IMG/VR virus record: IMGVR_UViG_3300030044_000019
Span: 1-64,000 of that record
Reading direction: 5' to 3' (one strand)
DNA: 64,000 bases
Source of the DNA: an uncultured virus (IMG/VR IMGVR_UViG_3300030044_000019)
Taxonomy: Duplodnaviria > Heunggongvirae > Uroviricota > Caudoviricetes
Both the position numbers and the translations under genes were made by a program. The notes under the pieces are model-generated. The model saw nothing but the letters and a program-made list of their open reading frames with translations. It had not been told where the DNA came from and did no database searches. Below, piece after piece: positions 20,088 to 30,039 of this stretch (the first letter of the stretch is position 1; the number at the start of each line of letters is the position of its first letter).

Positions 20088-20768
20088 CTATAGTTTATCA
20101 AGTATTTCTTTTAGTTGAGCAAAAACTTCTTCTTTAGTTTTTTTGTTATTAAGATAGTGATCAAACTTACTATCATTCAAGTCCAGTTCTGACGGATCTG
20201 ACGATGGGCTACTATCAAATCTCTCTATTCTAACAGTCGTTAGAACTTCACCAAAAGCTTCTTTAAGCTGGTCTATTTCTGACCGATATCTAAGATCAGA
20301 AATAACATATTTTCCATCCACCGAATTAATGTCTTCGATCGCCTTTCGAACCCAATAATCTGATTTTACGGAACGATTTACGCTTCCCTTAAGAATAGCT
20401 AGAGATCTGGGAGTCTGGTAAAGTTGTTCCCAACGATCGTGTATAAATGATTCAAGTTTGCCATTTTCAACTCTAACATATCCTGGATCAGGTGAAAAAT
20501 TCTTAAATGTCTTAAATTCTCTCACCATGAAGGTGTGAATCATTTTGGTGAATTCGTCCTTTGATTCCACGGGGAGCCAATGAATTGGAAATTCTTTCCT
20601 GCTTGGGTCATCTAGCCAACTGCGCGTTATTCCAAACTCTGAGGCTACCATATCCTTCAGAGCATCTGCAAAGGACACACGCTTAAATCCATGATTTTTG
20701 ACAAGAAAATCAGCACAAATATCTTTTCCTGAACCTTTAAAGCCTGATAATGCTATAATTTTACTCAT
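20088..20768 (-). CDS. deoxynucleoside monophosphate kinase (T4 gp1-like)
   Basis: IIALSGFKGSGKD, SFADALK, YVISDLRY..E, PSE. Confidence 0.85.
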   Translation of the reverse strand: MSKIIALSGFKGSGKDICADFLVKNHGFKRVSFADALKDMVASEFGITRSWLDDPSRKEFPIHWLPVESKDEFTKMIHTFMVREFKTFKNFSPDPGYVRVENGKLESFIHDRWEQLYQTPRSLAILKGSVNRSVKSDYWVRKAIEDINSVDGKYVISDLRYRSEIDQLKEAFGEVLTTVRIERFDSSPSSDPSELDLNDSKFDHYLNNKKTKEEVFAQLKEILDKL

Positions 20769-20774
20769 AATTTA

Positions 20775-21164
20775 TTACCTCCAGAACAACTTAGCTAGAA
20801 AGTTCCACGCACGGGAAGAAAAACTAGATTTTGTCATTTCTTCTCTAGTTTGTTCAACTAGCTCATCTTTCAGTAGGACTTCGTTTTCATCAAAAGGAAC
20901 TTCATAAGGTCGTTTTAATTCATCGGCTACTTCGGTTTTACTAGAAAGATCTATGCTAACCGGAGGATCACGCCATTCCATGGCCCCATTTTGATCTAGC
21001 CAGAGCACTTGTCCGTCTTTCCCAGCAGCAGGCAATATAAGAGTGGAAACTAGGTCTGCTCGCTTAGCGGGCTTCTTCTTGCTCTTAGGCTTTGCCTTTT
21101 TAGGTGTTTTGGCCTTAGATTTTGGCTTTGGCTTACTTTTAGGTACTTTCTTCTTAGATTTCAT
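20775..21164 (-). CDS. hypothetical protein with Lys/Pro-rich N-terminus
   Basis: Highly basic KKxPK repeats; GAGG RBS. Confidence 0.55.
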   Translation of the reverse strand: MKSKKKVPKSKPKPKSKAKTPKKAKPKSKKKPAKRADLVSTLILPAAGKDGQVLWLDQNGAMEWRDPPVSIDLSSKTEVADELKRPYEVPFDENEVLLKDELVEQTREEMTKSSFSSRAWNFLAKLFWR

Positions 21165-21262
21165 ATATTTAACCTCTATTTTAGGCCCTAAAAGCAGTTT
21201 AAGACCAATCTTTAACTAGAAGTTTATCTTTAATAATAGACTTTGTCAAGATCTATTTAGGG

Positions 21263-21700
21263 GTGTATAAAATGGCCAGACTTTCAGCAAGACCTATTGT
21301 TGGTTATCAAAACATAAACAGCTTCAAGTACGCGAATCAATGGCAAGTTAATGCTAGTGACACTAGCACACTTTACTACCAATTGATAGATTTAGACCAG
21401 TGCGGGCTCAGGTACATCCCAGGAGGGTGCGTTGAGGGCGTAACAGTCGGTATGAACGTTACTTTTCCTTCCATAGACTGTAACGCTGTGTTCACTATCG
21501 TAGCTGCTCAATCCACATGCGATGGTTCAATTTTCAGTGTGTCAATACCTTTTACATCAACGCCACAGACGGGGAACGTTGTTTTTCAACTATTTGAAGG
21601 AAACAATGTAACCACATTTAATGTTAAGCAGGCATTAGTCGTGCAATATCCAGATGATGGGAGCGATTCTGGATTGCCTGATAATACATTTTTCTTTTGA
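21263..21700 (+). CDS. putative virion protein
   Basis: Follows the late motif at 21206. Confidence 0.5.
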   Translation: MYKMARLSARPIVGYQNINSFKYANQWQVNASDTSTLYYQLIDLDQCGLRYIPGGCVEGVTVGMNVTFPSIDCNAVFTIVAAQSTCDGSIFSVSIPFTSTPQTGNVVFQLFEGNNVTTFNVKQALVVQYPDDGSDSGLPDNTFFF

Positions 21701-21744
21701 GTAATTTGGTTGACTTTTAATACAATGTAGATTATTATAAAAAT

Positions 21745-22716
21745 ATGAAGACTAAAAAATGGTCATTCAAAAATTTAAATACTGAGGCTAAAAAATATAG
21801 CACCAGGACCGAATTCTTCGAGCACAGCTCAGGAGCTTATCAGGCCGCACGTAATATGGGCATTTTAGATAGTATATGCACCCATATGATAATTAAACAT
21901 TATTCTTGGCCTCTCGATGCTCTTAAAAATGAAGCTAAAAAATATACTTCCAGAGGAGAGTTTCAAAAAAATAGTTTTAATGCTTATCAAATTGCTTTAA
22001 AAAGAGAGATGTTAGACGTTATTTGTAATCACATGGATCTTAAACGCAGAGAATGGACAAATCTACAATTGCATCAAGAAGCTTTGAAATACGGTACCAG
22101 AAAAGATTTTGAAAACTACAGCCGTAAAGCCTATGACCTCGCATTAAAAAGAAATATGATGGATCTTATTTGTGGACATATGATCAGACTCATTAGAACA
22201 GACTGGACAGATGCCGATCTTTACGCAGAAGCTTTAAAATATAACACGAGAAGTGAATTTAAAAATAGCAGTCCGAGTGCTTATAGAGCCGGTAAAAGAA
22301 AAAATATTTTGCCAAAAATGTGTGGGCACATGAAGCGTTCAGGTGGCGTATCTAGGTGTGAGCAAGAACTTTTTGACGCAATTACATCTACAATTCCAAC
22401 TGCTAGGAAAATAAGGGATGTAAATGTTAAAATTGAAGGAAAGCCGCACATCAAAGGGTTTGACATTGACATCTTTATTGACAAAAGTAATTTAGGAATA
22501 GAAATGGATGGGAAGTACTGGCATAGCGTAAAAGGCTTGAGTCGTTCTCGCAAAGATTGGCCAAAAGAAGATCTGGTAAATTACCATCAAATTAAAGACG
22601 CGCACTTCTTATCTAAAGGAATTAAGATTCTTCATATTAAAGAAGAGGAATGGTCAAAAGACAAACAAGACTGCATCAAAAGATGCCTAGAATTTTTGGA
22701 GCAAAAAAATGGCTGA
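21745..22716 (+). CDS. putative homing endonuclease (paralog 2)
   Basis: Same EA.KY..R..F...AY...IC.HM repeats; GFDIDIFI..GIEMDGKYWHS. Confidence 0.75.
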   Translation: MKTKKWSFKNLNTEAKKYSTRTEFFEHSSGAYQAARNMGILDSICTHMIIKHYSWPLDALKNEAKKYTSRGEFQKNSFNAYQIALKREMLDVICNHMDLKRREWTNLQLHQEALKYGTRKDFENYSRKAYDLALKRNMMDLICGHMIRLIRTDWTDADLYAEALKYNTRSEFKNSSPSAYRAGKRKNILPKMCGHMKRSGGVSRCEQELFDAITSTIPTARKIRDVNVKIEGKPHIKGFDIDIFIDKSNLGIEMDGKYWHSVKGLSRSRKDWPKEDLVNYHQIKDAHFLSKGIKILHIKEEEWSKDKQDCIKRCLEFLEQKNG

Positions 22717-23563
22717 TTTCTCAAGGTCCCGCACTTTTCAGACAAGCATGTACCCGGTGCATGCCTCCCAAACGAGTGGGTTGCTCGCTCGTGTTGAACC
22801 ATTCCTTACGCCAGAGTTATTTAGGAGCAGATACCTAAAAGGTATCCCGCTAGTATTTCCTAATGGCGATAGATTTACTGATGATGAGCTAAAAGATCGT
22901 ATCATGATGGCCATGAATGAAACTGAGGCTCAGTTAAATACGACTATAACAAGAGAAGAATTCAAAGAACAGTTAGTTTTTGATTACTCATTATACAAGG
23001 CTTTTATACATCTAAAGCCCCGCCACGGCCCAATCATAAGTGTTGAAGATCTTTCTATCGTTGCATCTAATGACGAGGTTATCTTTACTGTTCCGAGTAT
23101 GTGGATAACAACGGCAAATTTTAGCATAGGTCAAGTCAATGTGGTGCCTTTGCTCGCAGCCTTTGGCGCTACTAGTGCGAGCGGAACCCAAATCACGGCT
23201 ACAAATCAAGGGGCCGGGATCGCATTTTTGGCTATCTGGGGTGCCCAAGGCAACTGTGGGCAAGTGCCCGCCTATTGGCAGCTGACCTACTCGTCCGGTT
23301 TATCTAATAGAGAAGGACAGGTGCCAATCATTGTGAATCAATTAATAGGAACTAACGCTGCCATCAACTTGCTATCCCAAATAGCTGTCCTATATTTTGC
23401 TACATCTCAATCTCAAACCCAAGACGGTATTTCCCAAAGTTCCAGCTCTCTTGGTCCTCGTAGATTCGCACTTCGTATTGAAGAACTTACTAGAAATAGA
23501 GACGAATTAATTCAAAGAATAAAAGGTATCTTTGCTAGAAGATATGTGATTGGTGAATATTAA
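22709..23563 (+). CDS. head-tail adaptor/neck protein
   Basis: P.ISVE.L, Y.SG, SQS.TQDGISQS.S pattern typical of head completion proteins. Confidence 0.65.
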   Translation: MADFSRSRTFQTSMYPVHASQTSGLLARVEPFLTPELFRSRYLKGIPLVFPNGDRFTDDELKDRIMMAMNETEAQLNTTITREEFKEQLVFDYSLYKAFIHLKPRHGPIISVEDLSIVASNDEVIFTVPSMWITTANFSIGQVNVVPLLAAFGATSASGTQITATNQGAGIAFLAIWGAQGNCGQVPAYWQLTYSSGLSNREGQVPIIVNQLIGTNAAINLLSQIAVLYFATSQSQTQDGISQSSSSLGPRRFALRIEELTRNRDELIQRIKGIFARRYVIGEY

Positions 23564-23566
23564 CAT

Positions 23567-24292
23567 ATGGGAATGGATCGTGGTATTTTAGCAGTTTTAT
23601 GCGAAAATAACTCAGTTCAAAAAGCTGAGCCAACCACCACGTCATCGTCGGAAGCTCCAAAAGTAAAAATAAATCCTGAGCATGGGAAAGCGATAGCAAA
23701 TGCTTATGAGGGCATGAAGCACGATCCAACTCATCCAGATGTAAAATCTGCGTATGGTGCTTTGACCCATGAAACGGGGAAACAGTTCAAAGACATCTTA
23801 GGTTCAGGTCTTAAGATATCAAGAATTAAGCCTGGACAAGCAAATCCTTATAAAAATTCTAAAGAAATGCATCACGATGTGGAAAACAATAAGCATCTTT
23901 GGTATTTTCCTACGGACCAAGGCTTTGGCAGCAAAGACCAAACAAATGATCATCCTATGCTGGCTCCAACTGAGTTCAACCACGGTGGCCAAAAACTTTT
24001 AGCAAATGATGTATTCAGAATAGTTCACGATATTAACGGACACCACAAAGGCGGCAAAACTGGTTTTGGTCCTACTGGCGAACATCAAGCCTATCTAACA
24101 CACAAAAAGATGTACAGTCCCGCAGCTCAACGAGCTTTATTCACCGAAACAGCTGGCCAAAACAACTGGGTGAACTTTGGACCTCATGGTGAGAATAACA
24201 GAAAAAATCCTTCCCAGACTGTTTTCGCTGATCAAAAAGCTGGCCTGATGCCGGAACATGTTACTAGTGGGGATTGGCACAATGAAAAATAA
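23567..24292 (+). CDS. putative internal virion protein with NDxFRxVHDxxGH domain
   Basis: N-terminal VQKAE motif; NDVFRIVHDINGH...GE..AY..H..M.SP.A..A..TET.GQN.WVN. Confidence 0.55.
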   Translation: MGMDRGILAVLCENNSVQKAEPTTTSSSEAPKVKINPEHGKAIANAYEGMKHDPTHPDVKSAYGALTHETGKQFKDILGSGLKISRIKPGQANPYKNSKEMHHDVENNKHLWYFPTDQGFGSKDQTNDHPMLAPTEFNHGGQKLLANDVFRIVHDINGHHKGGKTGFGPTGEHQAYLTHKKMYSPAAQRALFTETAGQNNWVNFGPHGENNRKNPSQTVFADQKAGLMPEHVTSGDWHNEK

Positions 24293-25235
24293 ACTTTGGA
24301 AAAGAATGTTTTCCGATTCTCTCTCTGATATTGCTCACATGGACAAGTCTCAATCATTGAGAAAAGCTGAAGATCCAGCTGCATATGCCAAGCTCGCTTC
24401 AACTGGTTTTATACTTGCCTATCCCGTAAAAATAAATGGGAAAGATAAGAGACCAGATAATGGTATTGACTACCACGCTACTATTAAGTTTTTTGATAAA
24501 AAAAATGATAAGCCTGAAGACGCCCATAAAACTGCCTCAGCACTTGAGATGAATCCACCAGATCCAAAGCAAACTAAGATAGAACCTAAGATGTTAACAG
24601 ATCGTAATGGCAATGATGTATATGCTATTAGTTTGCAGGGTGCATATGCAGATAAAATGAAAGAGCACCACGAAAAGTTTGATCATTTGGGTCACAAAGA
24701 AAATTATGAGTGGAATGCTCATGTTAGCGTGGATAAGGCTACTCATGATAAAATAAAGGCTTCCGGAGCAAAGACCGCCGAGGATGCAGGTATTGAGTTT
24801 AGTAATGCAGAATTGCGAAAAGGTCCTAAAACTCTAGAAACCTACTCCCCTAATATAGAAAAGCCTTCTAAACTAGATCTGAAAAAAGGCTCCAAAGATA
24901 TAACAGAAAAAACTCTAGCTGAAATTCAAGAAGACACTGCTTGGACTTGGGCTTCACGCGCAGCTGCTTGCTACGAAAAATTGAAAGAAACTGGCGACTG
25001 GAAATGGAAAACTGACGCTGAAGAATATAGGCATGAAGCTGTCGAGCATGCCGCTCTGATTGGAGACACCCATCCTACGGTATTACAAGAAATTCATGAT
25101 GCTCTTGAGGAGTATCGCAAGGAAGCTCAAAAAGAAGCCGAAGAAATAAATAAGAGTGAAAAAATTACGTTGCTTAATGGGGACGATCTTAGACGATATA
25201 TAGAAGATAATCCTGAATTGAAAAGAGGAAAATAG
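24282..25235 (+). CDS. multidomain virion protein with 2H phosphoesterase (Acb1-like) domain
   Basis: HATI (24474) and HVSV (24720) motifs 82 aa apart; domains separated by LRKAE, LKKGS, INKSE. Confidence 0.6.
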   Translation: MKNKLWKRMFSDSLSDIAHMDKSQSLRKAEDPAAYAKLASTGFILAYPVKINGKDKRPDNGIDYHATIKFFDKKNDKPEDAHKTASALEMNPPDPKQTKIEPKMLTDRNGNDVYAISLQGAYADKMKEHHEKFDHLGHKENYEWNAHVSVDKATHDKIKASGAKTAEDAGIEFSNAELRKGPKTLETYSPNIEKPSKLDLKKGSKDITEKTLAEIQEDTAWTWASRAAACYEKLKETGDWKWKTDAEEYRHEAVEHAALIGDTHPTVLQEIHDALEEYRKEAQKEAEEINKSEKITLLNGDDLRRYIEDNPELKRGK

Positions 25236-25236
25236 T

Positions 25237-25722
25237 ATGAATTTACGACCAGAAGATATCGACAATGTAGAAGAAGCTGGAATGCTAAATGGTCAGCCCG
25301 TGAAATTGGTGCGCACAAAAGGTGGATTCTGGATGGGAATTGTCAATGGAAAAGTTGTTTCAGGAGGATCACATCCTGCTATCGTAAAACACACTATTTC
25401 TAAAATGTTTCCTGCCTTCCAGGCCGTTCTTTGTAAATCAGAAAATTTCAACACAGAAGCCTTAGTAGACAAGCACTCTCATTTTTTGTCCGATGATCTT
25501 CGTAAATCAGGTCACGATATCTATAGCATTCAGACTGGTGCAGACGTTGAGTTTCAGATTACTAAGCATAATGTCAAGTTGGCTTCTGTTAACGGCATTT
25601 TGAGAGAAGACTCTTTGTTTATTCCGGAAATCAATTTTCCCAAGGAATTTGTTAGGGCAATGGCTGGAGCTACTACCGAAAAAGCTTTGTCATGCAATTC
25701 TAAAGCAATAAAGGTGAAATGA
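25237..25722 (+). CDS. hypothetical virion protein
   Basis: GAGG RBS; LCKSE and LRKSG motifs. Confidence 0.55.
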   Translation: MNLRPEDIDNVEEAGMLNGQPVKLVRTKGGFWMGIVNGKVVSGGSHPAIVKHTISKMFPAFQAVLCKSENFNTEALVDKHSHFLSDDLRKSGHDIYSIQTGADVEFQITKHNVKLASVNGILREDSLFIPEINFPKEFVRAMAGATTEKALSCNSKAIKVK

Positions 25723-25723
25723 C

Positions 25724-25918
25724 ATGAGTAACCAATCTTCTGGCGATCAACCAAAAAACAATGTCATTGACTCTAAATTATTTAAGAAGAACAAAGAGTT
25801 AGCTAAAGAGACGCTCGTTGATGATATAATTAAAGGACTGGCGCTGTTTCATAAGAATACGGATGATGGCCTGAAAGAACTTGCAGAACTTTGTAAGAAA
25901 GATAAATGTGGCAAATAA
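25724..25918 (+). CDS. small hypothetical protein
   Basis: AGGTG RBS; tightly packed operon. Confidence 0.45.
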   Translation: MSNQSSGDQPKNNVIDSKLFKKNKELAKETLVDDIIKGLALFHKNTDDGLKELAELCKKDKCGK

Positions 25919-26903
25919 AAAGCCTGTCGGCGAACAGATATCGGTAATTGCACCGTTTATACCTTATATTCAAGAATCGTTTGACTTGAATAGACTGGAT
26001 ATGTTCGTCCAAAGTTTGGGAACTACTTTTTTGCATTACGTTGCAAATATTAGCCCTATCGGATTGAATGAAAAAGGGGATTATCGCAGAAATAATGGTG
26101 ATGTTGATGTCATTACTTCTAACGGATATATTTACACTTTGGCAGGTAAATTCACTGCTGTATTGACAAGCAATCAAAAAGATCAACTAAGACCTTCTGA
26201 AGGTGGATTGCATGACTCTTCCACGGGAAACCTTGTTTTGCCTAGATTTTATGACCAAGCTCCTTCGATACCAGGTGGTTTATCTGAGCAGAGTGGCACA
26301 TCTGAAGAAGACTGTTGCGAACCAGCTCCTATAGCTGCGAACAACAGGATTTACCTAGCTCCTGGTGATAGACTGTATCACGGTGATCCCCAAGCAGATG
26401 ACTTGGTTGTTAATAAAGAGTTGCTTCAATTTTCTTTTAATTCAGAAAATGTGCCGATGTTTCCTATCAAAAAAATGGCCGCTCCTTTGATAGACTCCAG
26501 AGGGGTTTATTATACTCAAGGTATTGACTATAAAATTTCGGATCACGGAAATATCGCTTGGATTGACGGGGGCAATAATCCTGGTATTGATCCAGATACG
26601 GGTGAGGGAAGAACGTATAGTGTAAGATACCTTTATAGGGCTTTTTACTACATAACTTCAATTTTAAGAGAAGTTCGTATCACTGATGTTACCCAAAATG
26701 GAGTTAGGTCATCGGAACGGATGCCCGAGTTTGTCCAGGTAACTAGAGAGTTCCTGTACCATAATATAAATCGGGGTAATGAACTCAACAAACCACCCCA
26801 ACCGAATATGGAAATCAGGCAAACGGCTGAACCAATGGACAAAGTCAATATAAATCAACCGGTTATCCGCGTAGAAATGTTGGATGTCGAAAACGATACC
26901 TAA
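25908..26903 (+). CDS. neck/head-closure protein
   Basis: Y.QG.DY.I...G.I.W....P.......YSVRY pattern; GTG start; position in the neck region. Confidence 0.6.
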   Translation: MANKKPVGEQISVIAPFIPYIQESFDLNRLDMFVQSLGTTFLHYVANISPIGLNEKGDYRRNNGDVDVITSNGYIYTLAGKFTAVLTSNQKDQLRPSEGGLHDSSTGNLVLPRFYDQAPSIPGGLSEQSGTSEEDCCEPAPIAANNRIYLAPGDRLYHGDPQADDLVVNKELLQFSFNSENVPMFPIKKMAAPLIDSRGVYYTQGIDYKISDHGNIAWIDGGNNPGIDPDTGEGRTYSVRYLYRAFYYITSILREVRITDVTQNGVRSSERMPEFVQVTREFLYHNINRGNELNKPPQPNMEIRQTAEPMDKVNINQPVIRVEMLDVENDT

Positions 26904-26957
26904 TAACGAGTAATCTTTACCTATAGGATTAGATAAAAAGATAAGGAAAACAATAAC

Positions 26958-27425
26958 ATGGCTGAGATTAAAAAACGTAATATTCAAGGATTTGACACCC
27001 AAGACACTGGGGCCATAGCCAATAATACTTACAACAATGCGGCGGGTGCTAACAAAACTGCTGAGGTTGGCCGTCATTTGCTTCCTCTTCCTGTTCCAGG
27101 CGTAGGTAACGGGTATACCACCAATCCTTCGTCTGCCTATCCTCTTCCTAATGCTGGACGCAACCTGGCTGTCTACAACAACTCTGGAACCGTCGCTGCT
27201 ATCACCTTTGGTACCGACGGCACCGTGACTGCGCTAGCTGCAGGCGCTACCGATTCTTCTGGCAGAGTGGGTCTTCCTTGTATGCCAAATTCCTGGTCCT
27301 ACTTTGCAGGGGGCTACTCTAATTGGGTAATTTCTAGTTCTTCTAGTTTACTAGTTTATTTGATTAACGATAACTCAAGTATTCAACCTGTTGCTGTCGC
27401 CATGACCAGCAGCATGATCCCTTAA
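26958..27425 (+). CDS. putative virion structural protein
   Basis: Late motif at 26911; AAGGA RBS. Confidence 0.5.
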   Translation: MAEIKKRNIQGFDTQDTGAIANNTYNNAAGANKTAEVGRHLLPLPVPGVGNGYTTNPSSAYPLPNAGRNLAVYNNSGTVAAITFGTDGTVTALAAGATDSSGRVGLPCMPNSWSYFAGGYSNWVISSSSSLLVYLINDNSSIQPVAVAMTSSMIP

Positions 27426-27428
27426 TAT

Positions 27429-28367
27429 ATGAAAAAGAATGCCGAGTACTTCCTTATTAAAACGCTTGGCGAGGATTTTCTAGAATCCTTAGGGAATGAC
27501 TTGTCTAAAAGCGAAATTTACAAGCAAGGAACTCGGACTGTCACTGATACGAATGATCTATATCAAGGGCTTCAAATTGTACCTAAGGCTTTGTTGAGTC
27601 TTTTGATTCGTGAATTGTCTCCCATGCAAATTGGGGATACTAAAGAAATTAGAATTCCCGGCAAAGAAGATACCATCGTTTCTACGACCAAGCATGAGCG
27701 CGATAGCTTTTCAGGTCAAGTACTTCAAAACAATGTTAAAATTTCAGATTTCTTGCACCGTTCTATCCCAGGCTTGGGGCTTGTGCTGCTTTCAATTCTA
27801 GAACTTTATGACGTAGAAGATCTGGATAAAGAAACAGAAGTTGATCATACTAAAGAAGCAGAAATTAATCGTATCATTGATGAACGTATGAATTTGCATA
27901 GTTTAGTCAACAAAGTTATAGACGGCAAGCTCATGCAAAGAGACGCTGTTCAACAATTATTTTTAGCTAAATTGAATCAATTGTCTGCTGAACATAAAAA
28001 AATAACTGAAGAGCACAAAGAAATGGCAAAACCTAAAGAGGCTCCAAAGCCTACCGTAATCGTTTTAGAGCCTACAAAAAAATCTCTCCAGTTGGCAGAG
28101 TTCGTAGAAAATAGAAAAAAGAAGCTTGCAAAAAAAGAATTTTCTATTGAAATGGTAAAAAGTGAGCAGATCAATTGTCCCGATTGCAATGGCGTTATTT
28201 TTAATGATTCTGGCGTAAGTGCTTGTATGTGTTTTGGTCAAGATATGGGTAAGAAAGTTTTTCTAAAGAAAACTGAAGACGGTATTAAAGTTAGTTTTCC
28301 TAAATCATGGAACTCTGAAAATATTGAAATGTTGCTTGAAGTTCTGAGGAGTAATAAAAATGGATAA
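27429..28367 (+). CDS. putative internal virion protein with C-terminal Zn finger
   Basis: LSKSE and MVKSE motifs; CPDC...CMC. Confidence 0.55.
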   Translation: MKKNAEYFLIKTLGEDFLESLGNDLSKSEIYKQGTRTVTDTNDLYQGLQIVPKALLSLLIRELSPMQIGDTKEIRIPGKEDTIVSTTKHERDSFSGQVLQNNVKISDFLHRSIPGLGLVLLSILELYDVEDLDKETEVDHTKEAEINRIIDERMNLHSLVNKVIDGKLMQRDAVQQLFLAKLNQLSAEHKKITEEHKEMAKPKEAPKPTVIVLEPTKKSLQLAEFVENRKKKLAKKEFSIEMVKSEQINCPDCNGVIFNDSGVSACMCFGQDMGKKVFLKKTEDGIKVSFPKSWNSENIEMLLEVLRSNKNG

Positions 28368-30039
28368 TCAGAATCAAGTAGTATTTGCATTCGATGGCGA
28401 TGGAATTGGCAAACGTCATGCTAGAGCCATTCTTTCTGATGATCTGGATCAAGTATCTCAAGTTTCTCAGCTTATTACGGCTGGAAATAATCAGATTAAA
28501 GAATTCGTGGAAGCTAATGGTGGACGATGGATAAGCGGTGGTGGAGATGAGGGGAGCTTTGTTGCACCATCTGATTTCGTAAATTTATTAGAACAGCTTC
28601 GACAAAACTATGCCGATATGGTTCAAGCGACTCTGTCCATTGGTTATGGGCAAACTATTTCACAAGCTGGTAAGGCTCTGTTGGCAGCCAAGTCCCGTGG
28701 GAAAGATCAAATTGTACAATACGATGATTCTGTTGAACAAGAAATTAGCGATGCTGTAGGGAACGCTTCTGATCCTCATGAAGAAGAAAGAAAGAAAATC
28801 GCAGACGTTGTAGGTGGCGGAGAAGACACTGGCGAACCTGAATCCGTAAAAGAAGGATTGGCAAATCAAGCTCCAGACAGCCCGAATACTCAGGGCCAAG
28901 TCTTACCTGAAGGTTCGGACTCTAATGAAAATGAGCCTACCGAATCTGAGCCACCTAAACAAGACAACAACCACGGCTACGATTCCGGTTACAAAAATAG
29001 TGATTTAAAGCAGAGAGACAATTCTTATCAAGCAAATGACTCTACTCCCCCTACTATTAAAAAACCAAACCTCATCGCACAACCTAGAACATTCGAAGCG
29101 GTCTCAACTGATGTTCAGGAATCAGATCGTAAAATGAACGAAGAAATGCCAGACCCTAAAGATGGAGAACCTATGGACAAGAAACCTGCTCCAAAAGATT
29201 ATCGTGGACAAGCCGAAGGATCTGCTCCTCAAAGTATGGCTCAACCTCAAGGCGATAAGCCAAGCGATCTGAAATATAATGATACTGAACAACTACAACC
29301 ACAGGCTGACATTCCTATAGAAAATTCTACTTCAGATGAAGCCGAAAACTACGAGCAAGAATCTATGGGTGAAGCTCAGCATTGTCCAAGTTGCACTTGT
29401 GATCAACATGGGGATTCTGCTGAAGATTTGCTGGATCAAAATCTTGACAATTCTAAAGATTTTGAAGATATTATAGATGACGGACAGCCTAAAACTACAA
29501 CAGATTTACTCGATGCTAACTTAGATAATCAACAAGAGATGTTGCAAGATATGGACCCAGATGGTACAAGTCGTCCAGCTGACTATAATCAAAAACAGGG
29601 TGACTTAGGTTTAAGTGAGGAAGATGCAAATGGATCTGACCCGGACCTTTCAGAAGTTTTACAAGGTGGTTTGGATCAACATGCCGACAATATTCAACGA
29701 GAAAAGGTGACTCAATTGGTTGGTCACGCTTTGGAAGGATTTAAGTCTCAGAAAGCGATCCTGGATAAAGCTAAAGATCAAGCACCTGAACTATACGATG
29801 CGTGTATAAGTATGTTAAGAGCTATGATAGAACTTTGTTCATTGGCTGGATTAGATAATTCTGGAGAGACTGAACAAGAAGTTAACGAGATTGAAGGCCA
29901 AAGCGAAAATCCAGAAGAACAACCGGGTTCTGAGGAAATGCCTAGTGATGAAGCTTGCCCTAATTGCGGGCATCCCCATGAAAAAGAAGCGGCCCCGGAG
30001 AGTGCTGCTCAATCCCCACAGTTCAAAGCCGGTAGCTAA
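28360..30039 (+). CDS. mCpol (minimal CRISPR polymerase / Cas10-palm-like cyclase) domain fused to a long acidic tail
   Basis: FAFDGDGIG (28393), GGRWISGGGDE (28537), T.SIGYG....A..AL.AAK.RGK; the remainder is acidic with two CxxC motifs. Confidence 0.72.
   Translation: MDNQNQVVFAFDGDGIGKRHARAILSDDLDQVSQVSQLITAGNNQIKEFVEANGGRWISGGGDEGSFVAPSDFVNLLEQLRQNYADMVQATLSIGYGQTISQAGKALLAAKSRGKDQIVQYDDSVEQEISDAVGNASDPHEEERKKIADVVGGGEDTGEPESVKEGLANQAPDSPNTQGQVLPEGSDSNENEPTESEPPKQDNNHGYDSGYKNSDLKQRDNSYQANDSTPPTIKKPNLIAQPRTFEAVSTDVQESDRKMNEEMPDPKDGEPMDKKPAPKDYRGQAEGSAPQSMAQPQGDKPSDLKYNDTEQLQPQADIPIENSTSDEAENYEQESMGEAQHCPSCTCDQHGDSAEDLLDQNLDNSKDFEDIIDDGQPKTTTDLLDANLDNQQEMLQDMDPDGTSRPADYNQKQGDLGLSEEDANGSDPDLSEVLQGGLDQHADNIQREKVTQLVGHALEGFKSQKAILDKAKDQAPELYDACISMLRAMIELCSLAGLDNSGETEQEVNEIEGQSENPEEQPGSEEMPSDEACPNCGHPHEKEAAPESAAQSPQFKAGS

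Noticed and set aside
28360..30039. Type III CRISPR-Cas locus suggested by the Cas10-like palm
   Set aside because: No other cas genes and no repeat-spacer array in the window
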